Shown here: piece after piece, positions 37,657-46,096 of the stretch
How the letters are laid out: each line of letters begins with the position of its first letter
How positions within the stretch are numbered: the stretch's first letter is position 1
Assembly: GCA_012800435.1 (NCBI GenBank)
Contig: JAAZJH010000023.1
Coordinates: 4,878-68,877, forward strand
Length of the DNA stretch: 64,000 nucleotides
Reading direction: 5' to 3'
DNA from: Clostridiaceae bacterium
Lineage (GTDB): Bacteria > Bacillota > Clostridia > Saccharofermentanales > DTU023
Made by a program: the position numbers and the translations under genes
The notes under the pieces: model-generated
The model's database searches: none
Told to the model about the DNA's origin: nothing
What the model saw: only the letters and a program-made list of their open reading frames with translations

Positions 37657-39558
37657 TTACCGTCGCGCACCTGTGTCAAGGATAGCACTCCCGCTCAGAA
37701 GCCTGCCAAGCCCGGACGCTGCCGCGTGACGCAAATTGTGTCCTGAAAGTAATACACGGGATACGTAAAGGTAACCATCGCTTTGGCGCCAATAGGCTGT
37801 CGGACCGTAACCGCACTGGAGAATGAGACCCTGTTCTTTCAGCATAGCTGTTCTTGAAGGATACTGCTCTGCATGTTCTCCGAAAGGATAATAGAAAGCC
37901 CATACTTCGCCCGTATATGGTTCAATCCAACGCTCCCACATTCTGAAATCTTCAAGGATATTTTTCTCCGGCGAAAAAGGAATTGAAAGTCGGTGATAAC
38001 TGCCGCTTGCGATGTTCCAGTTTTTTCGATGAAGCGCATCAAGGATAGCCGTAACGATGGCTCGATTTTCTTCATAATCTGAAGAAACAGGTTTGATCTT
38101 TTCCGCGCCTTGGTTAGCGGCGTTATATTGCCATGCAAGATCTTGAACTTGTGCCAACGGATAACCGAATAACCCAAACTGCCCAACAAGCGCAATCGTT
38201 CCTCTTGCTCCATTGAAAGAAAAATCGGGGTGTCGCTCAACAAACTCTTCGATAACCCCGATCGCGGTATAGGATCGATGACGACGTTCTGTGCCGTCCA
38301 ATTCCAATACAACGCCAATTACCTGACCTTCATCATTGAGTTCCAGCCTGTGGGCAATTCCGCTTTCGGTACGCGGCCCCGACGCATAAAAATCTTCTAA
38401 GACTAGGACAAGCGGCTTTTTGCCTTCCGGTACGGGTACATTGCGGACTTGACCTTGTTCGTTCACGAGTGTTCGCTCATCAACCAGAACATAGCCTTTT
38501 TGATAGAGTACATCGAGCGCACGTTCCAATTCCGAGATCAAGACGAGATCCCGGTCAGCCGCCGGCTGAAAGACATCGCCATCAAACGCTCGTCTTGGAT
38601 CGGCAATCAAAGGTTTGAGCGAAAGGTGCTCGATCGGATCCCGCCAGTAAATAACGCGTTCAGGATTCACTTCTTTACATGTGGTCTGATATGCAAGTAA
38701 CTCTTCGTCCTTCGGGAACCATTGGATGAGACGTTTGATTTTTTGGATTGCATCATACGTCCGTTTGTGATCCATGTGATCGCGAATTTCAGGCATCAGC
38801 TCCTCATAATATATCTGTTTAACTTTCTGCAGTTCGTCTTCAACATAACGAATGAAGGGCGTTACGGTCGTGAAAACTTTATCGCTCAATACCTTGTCCA
38901 GAAGTGTAAGTTGCGCGTCACGATTTTTCTCGTGACCGGCCTTAAGCATTTTTTCGATCACCTCACGTGCTGCTCTCATCGTCGTTTCATCACCAAAAAA
39001 AGAGCCGAATTCCTGTCGGAAAGGCAACACGTCGGCAATATCGTCCGCAAATCGGGCGATAATATCATCCTCAACGTTGCCTTCAAGATACGACGCAATT
39101 ACGAGCTGAATACGCTTTGAAAAAGTTGTCGCCGCGATCGGCGTGTAACACGCCATACGATAGGTCTCCTCATGTGTCCAAGTCTCCCCGTTTTCTGCCT
39201 TCGTGAGAAGCGCATTACCCCGAGAGGCGACCTCGTTTTCTACACGTTTGATAAGTTGATCCGCCTTGGCAACCACTGTTTGCGCAGCCGACTCCTTGCG
39301 TGACACATGTTTGGCACGAAAAAGTCTCACATCATTGTACATTTCGATCACACGGTCATCATTGCCACGTTCAAACGCCGTCTCAAAATCATGCCATGTG
39401 TGCGGCACTTTAGGCTCGTTCTTTCTAAAAAGGAGAAAAAGAAAGGCGAGGACAAGAAACGCCGATATTGCAATAATGATAATCCGCCTTTGACGGGCGC
39501 GCGTCACAGAGGACGAAGCAACTGAAACGACCGACTTTGTATCTGTCTGCTTAAACAT
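37657..39558 (-). CDS. membrane-anchored protein of unknown function (633 aa); C-terminal half faintly polysaccharide-deacetylase-like
   Basis: Start re-assigned to ATG 39558 (MFKQTDTKS...), which overlaps the parC stop by 8 nt (ATGTTTAA). Single TM helix IIIIAISAFLVLAFLFLLF, then about 590 aa with no motif I can name with confidence. The segment LKPLIADPRRAF...ELERALDVLYQKGYVLVDERTL recalls deacetylase-like families, but the NodB metal motifs are not evident. Confidence 0.5.
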   Translation of the reverse strand: MFKQTDTKSVVSVASSSVTRARQRRIIIIAISAFLVLAFLFLLFRKNEPKVPHTWHDFETAFERGNDDRVIEMYNDVRLFRAKHVSRKESAAQTVVAKADQLIKRVENEVASRGNALLTKAENGETWTHEETYRMACYTPIAATTFSKRIQLVIASYLEGNVEDDIIARFADDIADVLPFRQEFGSFFGDETTMRAAREVIEKMLKAGHEKNRDAQLTLLDKVLSDKVFTTVTPFIRYVEDELQKVKQIYYEELMPEIRDHMDHKRTYDAIQKIKRLIQWFPKDEELLAYQTTCKEVNPERVIYWRDPIEHLSLKPLIADPRRAFDGDVFQPAADRDLVLISELERALDVLYQKGYVLVDERTLVNEQGQVRNVPVPEGKKPLVLVLEDFYASGPRTESGIAHRLELNDEGQVIGVVLELDGTERRHRSYTAIGVIEEFVERHPDFSFNGARGTIALVGQFGLFGYPLAQVQDLAWQYNAANQGAEKIKPVSSDYEENRAIVTAILDALHRKNWNIASGSYHRLSIPFSPEKNILEDFRMWERWIEPYTGEVWAFYYPFGEHAEQYPSRTAMLKEQGLILQCGYGPTAYWRQSDGYLYVSRVLLSGHNLRHAAASGLGRLLSGSAILDTGARR

Positions 39559-41785
39559 CGTCTGTAAGCGACAGTTGTCGCGCTTCCAATGTTTCTTCCC
39601 GAATATACCTGCCTGCCGTGGGGATCTTCGCAATCTTGTAATAATTGAGATCCTTTACAAAATGAAGATCCGTCTCGGTCAAAAGACTCACCACAACATC
39701 GTTTTTAGCGCGCAATATCGTCGCTCCCTGTGCTTGGCGCGTCGCTTTCTGAACGATTAATGAAGACGAAAAGACAAGCAATTTATTCTTCTGCGAACGA
39801 ATAGCGAACAGAGGATCTTCATCGGAAGGTACATAAGCTATGCCGACAAGAGGCGACGCATCATTATAGGCATTAACAAGTTTCTTTCGGCGCTGTTTCG
39901 TCTCATAGTGTGCAACGTCGACACGTACACCCTTTCCGTTTCGGAATACGAACATGAATTCGCCATCGAATTGATCATCCTCGATGGAATGAATGAACAC
40001 AACGCGTTCTCCCTCATCAAGGTCGAGAAGGTTGGGTGAATACTCGCCCAGCAAGGACGGTCTGTGATCTTCGATTTCCCATGCTTTGAGTTTGTAAACT
40101 TGTGCCTTATCGGTGAAAAAGAGTATTTCGGAATGATTTGTCGACTCAATATCTTGGACGATCTGATCGCCTTCTTTGACTTTGATTTCAAAGTTGCCGC
40201 GAAGCGACGTCAATGCGAGCTTCTTGATATATCCTTCGTGCGTCAGATAGAGCCTTGTGTTGTAATTCGGAATTAAATCTTCCTCTTCAGGTATCTCGAT
40301 GTCGTCCGGCTCAATCAGTTGCGTTTTGCGCTCGCGTCCGTACTTCTTAGCCACATCGGCAAGTTGCGCTTTAATCTTGTTGCGGATACGCGCTTTGCTT
40401 CCGATCAGACGTTCAAGATCTGCAATGTCTTTCTCCAACGCATCTATATCGCGTAATCTCTTCAAGATGTAGTCTCTATTCAAATGACGAAGTTTGATGT
40501 CGGCAACATTTTCCGCCTGCAATTCATCGATATCGAACGCTTGCATCAAGCGAGGCACGACCTCTTTTTCAGATTCCGTAAGGCGGATTACGGCAATGGC
40601 CTTGTCGATGTCAAGCAAAATTTTCTCCATCCCGCGCAAAAGATGGAGTCGGTCACGCATGCGCTCCGCATCATATTTCGCTTCACGGACGATGCAGCCG
40701 CTTCGCCAGAGAATCCATTCATTGAGGATTTCTCGCACACCGAGCACTTTCGGATGTCCATGAATAAGCACATTAAAGTTGCATGAAAAAGAATTCTGCA
40801 ATGGCGTCTTATCAAAGAGTCTATGAAGAAGCACATCTGCATCGGTCGACGCGCGGTATTCGACAGTGATGCAAAGACCGTTCAGATCTGTTTCATCGCG
40901 CACATTAACGACGTCGTTGTATAGCCCCGATTTCATGCCATCGGCTATATCTTCGATAATTGCCTCAATCGTCGTCGTATAAGGAATTTCGCGAATTTCA
41001 ATGCGGCGCTCTTTTCGGTTGATATCCACCGCGCCGCGAATCTGAAATGAACCTCTTCCCGTTTCATAGATGTCGCGCATCTGATCGCGATCATAAATAA
41101 TGAAACCGCCCGTCGAAAAATCAGGCGCAGGCATATAATCCAGCAAATCGACCTCCGGATCATCGATCAGCGCGATCGTTGCTTCACAGACTTCCTTCAA
41201 GTTAAACGAGCAGATGTTGCTTGCCATTCCGACTGCAATGCCTTGGTTGTTGTTGACAAGAATCGTCGGAAATGTCGCCGGAAGCAGCAAAGGTTCCATC
41301 ATGGTGCCGGAATAATTGTCGACGAAATCGACTGCCTGCTTCGAAAGACCGGAGAAAAGCGCTTCACACGAGGGGTCAAGACGTACTTCTGTGTAGCGCG
41401 CTGCAGCGTACTGCATGTCGCGCGACGTTACACTGCCAAAGTTGCCTTTAGAATCGATCCACGGATGCAACAAAGCGCCATTACCTCTTGTGAGGCGCAC
41501 CATCGTTTCATAGATAGCCTGATCGCCGTGAGGATTGAGCTTCATCGTCTGCCCGACAACATCTGCCGATTTTGCTCGATGTCCGCCAAGTAAATTCATC
41601 GTGTACATCGTATACAACAGTTTTCGATGTGACGGTTTAAATCCGTCAATCTCCGGGATCGCGCGCGACACAATCACGCTCATCGCGTATGGCATATAGT
41701 TGTCATAAAGTGTCGTTGATACAGGCTGTTCGATAAAAGCGCCTTTCAAATTACCGGCTTCTTTTTTGCGTTTTTTTGCTGGCAT
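39551..41785 (-). CDS. parC: type IIA DNA topoisomerase subunit A (ParC/GyrA family)
   Basis: 744 aa. YAMSVIVSRAIPEIDGFKPSHRKLLY, PHGDQAIYETMVRL and the catalytic Tyr context QYAAARYTEVRL. ParC versus a second GyrA cannot be settled by eye. Confidence 0.85.
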   Translation of the reverse strand: MPAKKRKKEAGNLKGAFIEQPVSTTLYDNYMPYAMSVIVSRAIPEIDGFKPSHRKLLYTMYTMNLLGGHRAKSADVVGQTMKLNPHGDQAIYETMVRLTRGNGALLHPWIDSKGNFGSVTSRDMQYAAARYTEVRLDPSCEALFSGLSKQAVDFVDNYSGTMMEPLLLPATFPTILVNNNQGIAVGMASNICSFNLKEVCEATIALIDDPEVDLLDYMPAPDFSTGGFIIYDRDQMRDIYETGRGSFQIRGAVDINRKERRIEIREIPYTTTIEAIIEDIADGMKSGLYNDVVNVRDETDLNGLCITVEYRASTDADVLLHRLFDKTPLQNSFSCNFNVLIHGHPKVLGVREILNEWILWRSGCIVREAKYDAERMRDRLHLLRGMEKILLDIDKAIAVIRLTESEKEVVPRLMQAFDIDELQAENVADIKLRHLNRDYILKRLRDIDALEKDIADLERLIGSKARIRNKIKAQLADVAKKYGRERKTQLIEPDDIEIPEEEDLIPNYNTRLYLTHEGYIKKLALTSLRGNFEIKVKEGDQIVQDIESTNHSEILFFTDKAQVYKLKAWEIEDHRPSLLGEYSPNLLDLDEGERVVFIHSIEDDQFDGEFMFVFRNGKGVRVDVAHYETKQRRKKLVNAYNDASPLVGIAYVPSDEDPLFAIRSQKNKLLVFSSSLIVQKATRQAQGATILRAKNDVVVSLLTETDLHFVKDLNYYKIAKIPTAGRYIREETLEARQLSLTDDV

Positions 41786-41892
41786 AACGCCTCAATTCCT
41801 TTCTTTCGTCAAGGACGGGATTGTTGACAAAAACGCCCACTAAATCAGTTCAGCTTCAGCGAGGCATTTAGGCTACATTTCGGATGGCGAGC

Positions 41893-43869
41893 CTAACCGA
41901 CATCGAGCATTTCAAGGTAGAGATGCCCTGTCTCCTCAATGCACGCGCGACGACCCGAAACGTCACTTCCAAGCAACAGATTAAAAGTAGACTCCATCGT
42001 CTCTTCATCTTCCGGCATTACAGCGACAAGCCGGCGCGTCTTCGGATTCATGGTCGTATCCCACATCATCTCAGGCTCGTTCTCGCCGAGTCCTTTGGAA
42101 CGTTGAATATGGGTTGAGCCATCCTTGAGTGATGCAAGCAGATCATTTTTTTCTTGATCGGAATAAACGAAATACGTGCGATCAATGTGCCTCAAGCGAT
42201 GTGTTATTTCATAAAGGGGTGATTCGGCAATGTATATTTTCTGTTGGCGGATAAGCTCAGGCGTTAACCTATAGAACATCGCCAGAATCAGCGTGCGAAT
42301 TTGGAAGCCGTCGACGTCCGCATCAGTACAGATGATGACTTTATTCCAGCGTAATTTATCAATATCAAATGGAGGCATATTTCTGTTGTATTTTTTCGGA
42401 AGATCGACGCCGCATCCCAAGATCTTGATGAGATCCATGATGATGTCGTTTTTGAAAATCGCTTGGTAATCGGCCTTAAGACAGTTCAGAATCTTTCCAC
42501 GAACAGGTATAACGGCTTGGAACTCGGCATCACGACCCATTTTGACAGATCCGAGAGCAGAGTTGCCTTCAACGATATATAGTTCACGCTTGCTGACATC
42601 CTGCGTTCGACAATCAACGAAGAGACGCACCCGTGTTGAGACATCAACCTGCTGCATGAGATCTTTTCTGACGCTTAAGCGCGTTTTCTCCGCCTTCTCA
42701 CGGCTTCGTCGATTGAGCATCACCTGATCGGCGGCACGGAGAGCCTCTTCACGATGTTCAAGAAGCCACACGTGTATATTCCGACGGATGAGATCTGTCA
42801 TAAAACGCTGAATATATCTATTATTTATTGATCGTTTCGTCTGGTTTTCGTAGCTCGTGACCGTTGAAAACGAACTGGTTATCAAGATGAGACTTTCTTC
42901 GATATCACCAAACGTAATTTTAGGTTCGTTTGCGCGGTATTTGCCCTCCTCTTTCAGGAAAGCGTCAAACTCTGAAAGAAGTGCCGATCGCACCGCGCGA
43001 TCGGGTGAGCCGCCATATTCCAGCCATGACGAGTTATGGTAATAAGTCAGACTGTTAACGTTGTTGTTGAATGCGAATGCCACTTCGCATTTGACGTTAT
43101 AGTCTTCTCGGTCTTTGCGATCACGTCCCCTACCCTCGCCGGAAAAATATGCGGCTTGCGTAATGCCGCGTTCGTTTATTTCTTGTACCATGCCAAGAAT
43201 GCCCTCCGGATAACAGAAGGTTTCTTTCACCGACTCAACGTCATCCGTGAACTCAAAAGTAACGCCTTTATTTACAACAGCCTGTTGCTTGAGTGTACTT
43301 ATGAAATACGACGCGGGAATCTCAATATCGGTAAAAACGTCGTCATCGGGAAGCCAACGCTGTATCGTACCGGTTGTCGTCCGATTTGTTGGTGTTTTCT
43401 TTAGACCGCCGATGTTGACACCGCGCTCAAAATGCAACTCATACAGGTATCCGTCTCGGCAGACCGTGACATCAAACCAGCGTGACGCGTATTGTGTTGC
43501 ACAGGCGCCGAGGCCGTTTAGTCCCAAACTGTACTCATAATTCATGCCGAGATTGGTTTTATATTTCCCTCCGGCATAAAGTTCGCAATAAACAAGCTCC
43601 CAGTTGTAACGTTTCTCATTTGGATTGAAATCAAGAGGAATACCGCGACCTCGATCCGTGATCTCAATGGAATAGTCAGCATAGCGCCTTATGGAAATCA
43701 CTTTGCCATGTCCTTCGCGCGCCTCATCGATCGAATTCGAAAGGATTTCGAAGAACGACTGCTGACAGCCACGCAAATCATCGGATCCGAACATGACGCC
43801 CGGTCGCAATCTGACACGATCAGGTCCCTTAAGTTGTGAAATGCTTGTATTATCGTAGTTCTGACTCAT
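41893..43869 (-). CDS. parE: type IIA DNA topoisomerase subunit B (ParE/GyrB family)
   Basis: Start re-assigned to ATG 43869 (MSQNYDNTSISQLKGPDRVRLRPG), 3 nt after GAGGAAAGGGAAGGG. GHKL motif EILSNSIDEA and Toprim motifs VEGNSALGS, PVRGKILN and CTDADVDGFQIRTL. Confidence 0.85.
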   Translation of the reverse strand: MSQNYDNTSISQLKGPDRVRLRPGVMFGSDDLRGCQQSFFEILSNSIDEAREGHGKVISIRRYADYSIEITDRGRGIPLDFNPNEKRYNWELVYCELYAGGKYKTNLGMNYEYSLGLNGLGACATQYASRWFDVTVCRDGYLYELHFERGVNIGGLKKTPTNRTTTGTIQRWLPDDDVFTDIEIPASYFISTLKQQAVVNKGVTFEFTDDVESVKETFCYPEGILGMVQEINERGITQAAYFSGEGRGRDRKDREDYNVKCEVAFAFNNNVNSLTYYHNSSWLEYGGSPDRAVRSALLSEFDAFLKEEGKYRANEPKITFGDIEESLILITSSFSTVTSYENQTKRSINNRYIQRFMTDLIRRNIHVWLLEHREEALRAADQVMLNRRSREKAEKTRLSVRKDLMQQVDVSTRVRLFVDCRTQDVSKRELYIVEGNSALGSVKMGRDAEFQAVIPVRGKILNCLKADYQAIFKNDIIMDLIKILGCGVDLPKKYNRNMPPFDIDKLRWNKVIICTDADVDGFQIRTLILAMFYRLTPELIRQQKIYIAESPLYEITHRLRHIDRTYFVYSDQEKNDLLASLKDGSTHIQRSKGLGENEPEMMWDTTMNPKTRRLVAVMPEDEETMESTFNLLLGSDVSGRRACIEETGHLYLEMLDVG

Positions 43870-43924
43870 ATACCCTTCCCTTTCCTCTTGATTTTCCCAC
43901 GTTTTGGCGTCTTCCGTCAAATCC

Positions 43925-43953
43925 TTGACAGCGTGAAAATCGCTTGCTAGAAT
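43925..43953 (+). promoter_or_regulatory. sigma-A-type promoter of the tRNA cluster (TTGACA-17 nt-TAGAAT)
   Basis: TTGACAgcgtgaaaatcgcttgcTAGAAT. The -10 element ends 25 nt before tRNA-His. Confidence 0.68.
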
Positions 43954-43978
43954 ACATGAAGCCTTTTCGGAACAAGAC

Positions 43979-44056
43979 GGTGGAATTAGCTCAGTTGGTC
44001 AGAGTGCCAGGTTGTGGCCCTGGAGGTCGTGGGTTCAAGTCCCATATTCCACCCCA
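43979..44056 (+). tRNA. tRNA-His (GTG)
   Basis: Hand-folded cloverleaf. Extra G-1 pairs with discriminator C73. Acceptor GTGGAAT/ATTCCAC, anticodon arm CCAGG-TTGTGGC-CCTGG, T arm GTGGG-TTCAAGT-CCCAT. CCA is encoded. Confidence 0.93.
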
Positions 44057-44077
44057 TATATTTGACGTATCAGACTT

Positions 44078-44153
44078 TGGGATGTAGCCAAGTGGTAAAG
44101 GCACGGGACTTTGACTCCCGGATTCGCAGGTTCAAGTCCTGCCATCCCAGCCA
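44078..44153 (+). tRNA. tRNA-Gln (TTG)
   Basis: Acceptor TGGGATG/CATCCCA, anticodon arm CGGGA-CTTTGAC-TCCCG, T arm GCAGG-TTCAAGT-CCTGC. CCA is encoded. Confidence 0.92.
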
Positions 44154-44156
44154 AGA

Positions 44157-44232
44157 GATCCACTAGCTCAGTCGGTAGAGCACTTGACTTTTAATCAAGG
44201 GGTCCGGGGTTCAAGTCCCCGGTGGATCACCA
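44157..44232 (+). tRNA. tRNA-Lys (TTT)
   Basis: Acceptor GATCCAC/GTGGATC, D arm GCTC-AGTCGGT-AGAGC, anticodon arm CTTGA-CTTTTAA-TCAAG, T arm CGGGG-TTCAAGT-CCCCG. CCA is encoded. Confidence 0.93.
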
Positions 44233-44243
44233 TGATGAAAGAG

Positions 44244-44280
44244 GGTGCCTCAATCACTTTGTTAAGTGTTTTGAGGCGCC
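44244..44280. terminator. hairpin between the tRNA cluster and the convergent LRR gene (possible bidirectional terminator)
   Basis: ggtgcctcaa-17 nt-ttgaggcgcc gives a 10-bp stem with one G-U pair. The flanking T-tracts are weak. Confidence 0.4.
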
Positions 44281-44347
44281 CCCGTTCGTTTTCATCTATA
44301 GTATCGTTCTTATTTCATTTATTTATTCATTTTCCTCGTCTTTCAGC

Positions 44348-45928
44348 TCAAGTACGCTTCTTCTTGCGCAACACGATAAATAAAATACCTGCCACCAAGA
44401 GCGTCAGAACCAGCAACAATAACCAGGGTAAAATCGTGCCGATCTTTCCCGCCGTTTGCTGTGAATCGGTCGACTTGCTCGGTGTCATCTCTGGTTTGGA
44501 CTGTCCGGTCTCTTTCGGAGTGCCGGATTCGGAATCGGTCGTTGCTTCGGCATCCGAAGTGCTTGAGTCTGCCCAGAGCGCCTTTATATCAGTGTATTCT
44601 TTGGCATCGATATGTTCACCGGGCTGCAATTCATTGCCGTCCACTTCCCATGCCTTGAACGCTTTGCCCGTTGGGGCGGCAAAGGTGCAGTCAGGCAAGG
44701 CATATGAATATGTCTCGCCCCATGCCCTTATTTCTCCCGATTCTTCAATCACTTGAGGCGGATCGATTCCGTTGTCAGGATCCAATCGGACGACTGCTTT
44801 GTAGATCAAGCTGATAACAACGTCCATCGTCGTAATTTCGGCTATAGGCGACTTCACGTCGCAGCGATAGATCAGTTTGTGCACTGGTTCATCAGAACCG
44901 ATCCTAAGAATTCCGGTATCAGGATCATAACTTGCACTTCCCGGCAAAGGATTGCCCCCGAGCTTATTAACTTCCAAAATATCGGCGAGATTGACGCCGG
45001 GGATGCCTGAGAGATCAAACTCAAAGCCGTCCTTCCACTTGGAAATCAAAGGCGTCGGATAAGATTGATTAGAAAGACGCGTTTCAGAATGATCGAGTTC
45101 GCTGTTTTGACTTAAGTCAAGGGAAGTGAGTTGATTGTTGGAACAGTATAGCTGCCTCAGCTTCGGGTTTTGACTGACGTCAATTTCAGTAATTTGATTG
45201 TTGTCGAGATCGAAGATGTCCAAGAAAGGATTATTGCTGACATCAAGTTCTGCAATTTGGTTATTGGAACAGTATAGCTGCCTCAGCTTCGGTTTTTGAT
45301 TGACGTTAATCTCAGTGATTTGATTGTTTGCGACATCTATTCTTTCCAACAAAGGATGCTTGCTGACATCTAGTTTAGTAAGTTGGTTGTCGGAACACTC
45401 TAATGACCTCAGCTTAGTATTATTACTGACATCAAGGGATTTGAGTTGGTTTTTGGAGCAATGTAAGGATATCAGCTTAGGGTTATTACTGACATCAAGG
45501 GCTTTGAGTTGGTTTTTGGAGCAATGTAAGTTTTCCAGCTTAGGGTTTTGACTGATATCAATTTCGGTGATTTGGTTGCTAGTTAAAACTAAGATTTCCA
45601 ACATAGTATTCTTGCTGACATCAAGTTTTGTGATTTTGTTTCTATAACACTGTAAAAAAAACAGTTCAGTGAAATGTTCTACACCCGCAAGATCAGCAAT
45701 TTCTTGCTCGGAGCAATCTATGGAGTCTACATCATCTCGCTCACTCTGCTGTAATACGCCATCATTATTTTTGTCATATTTCTTTACAAACTCTCTGAAG
45801 TTGGCGTCGGGGAAATTGGCTTCATTTATTACAACGTCCCCTAATGCCATTGCAGGACTGACTTGCGCGATCAGTGATATAAGCAGCATCAGCACAACTA
45901 AAAGTGCTTTTCCTTTTTTCTGGTTCAT
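44348..45928 (-). CDS. secreted leucine-rich-repeat surface protein (about nine 21-aa LRRs + Listeria-Bacteroides-repeat-like domain + C-terminal anchor)
   Basis: Signal peptide MNQKKGKALLVVLMLLISLIAQVSPAMA. Repeats of the type LxxLDVSxNxKLxxLxCSxNQ. The segment LPDCTFAAPTGKAFKAWEVDGNELQPGEHI..IKALW resembles the Flg_new/List-Bact repeat. S/T/D/E-rich linker, hydrophobic helix and a KKKRT tail. Confidence 0.85.
   Translation of the reverse strand: MNQKKGKALLVVLMLLISLIAQVSPAMALGDVVINEANFPDANFREFVKKYDKNNDGVLQQSERDDVDSIDCSEQEIADLAGVEHFTELFFLQCYRNKITKLDVSKNTMLEILVLTSNQITEIDISQNPKLENLHCSKNQLKALDVSNNPKLISLHCSKNQLKSLDVSNNTKLRSLECSDNQLTKLDVSKHPLLERIDVANNQITEINVNQKPKLRQLYCSNNQIAELDVSNNPFLDIFDLDNNQITEIDVSQNPKLRQLYCSNNQLTSLDLSQNSELDHSETRLSNQSYPTPLISKWKDGFEFDLSGIPGVNLADILEVNKLGGNPLPGSASYDPDTGILRIGSDEPVHKLIYRCDVKSPIAEITTMDVVISLIYKAVVRLDPDNGIDPPQVIEESGEIRAWGETYSYALPDCTFAAPTGKAFKAWEVDGNELQPGEHIDAKEYTDIKALWADSSTSDAEATTDSESGTPKETGQSKPEMTPSKSTDSQQTAGKIGTILPWLLLLVLTLLVAGILFIVLRKKKRT
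45074..45700 (-). repeat. tandem 63-bp coding repeats (LRR units), some copies near-identical
   Basis: Units 45410-45472 and 45473-45535 differ at only a handful of positions. A second pair about 126 nt apart (about 45131 and 45257) shares the exact 29-mer ttggaacagtatagctgcctcagcttcgg. Confidence 0.88.
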
Positions 45929-46008
45929 CCCTCCTCACCTCCTTGAGCTGTCTGCTTTGACTTGCTCGCAGTTTATGCAATATTATTATAGCTTTTCTAA
46001 TAAGTATA

Positions 46009-46039
46009 GGGGACATCTCTTTTGAGACGCCCCCTTTTT
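46009..46039. terminator. GC-rich hairpin + T5 between the acyl-CoA synthetase gene and the LRR gene
   Basis: ggggacatctc-tttt-gagacgcccc followed by ttttt on the plus strand. On the minus strand the same stem follows the synthetase stop but lacks a clean U-tract. Confidence 0.4.
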
Positions 46040-46060
46040 GTATTAGATCTTCTATTCCTC

Positions 46061-46092
46061 TTGTTACTTATATTTTTTGTTACTTATATTTT
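46061..46092. repeat. perfect 16-bp tandem duplication (ttgttacttatatttt x2)
   Basis: Read directly from the sequence. It lies immediately 3' of the synthetase stop codon (46097-46099 on the plus strand). Confidence 0.9.
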
Positions 46093-46096
46093 ATAT

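Noticed and set aside
44184-44756. A 190-aa plus-strand ORF starting inside tRNA-Lys.
   Set aside because: It overlaps a confidently folded tRNA and the 3' end of the minus-strand LRR gene, so it is a shadow ORF.
45074-45700. A regular 63-bp periodic repeat that could superficially look like a CRISPR or satellite array.
   Set aside because: The repeats are contiguous with no unique spacers. They lie in one long open reading frame and translate to 21-aa leucine-rich repeats.
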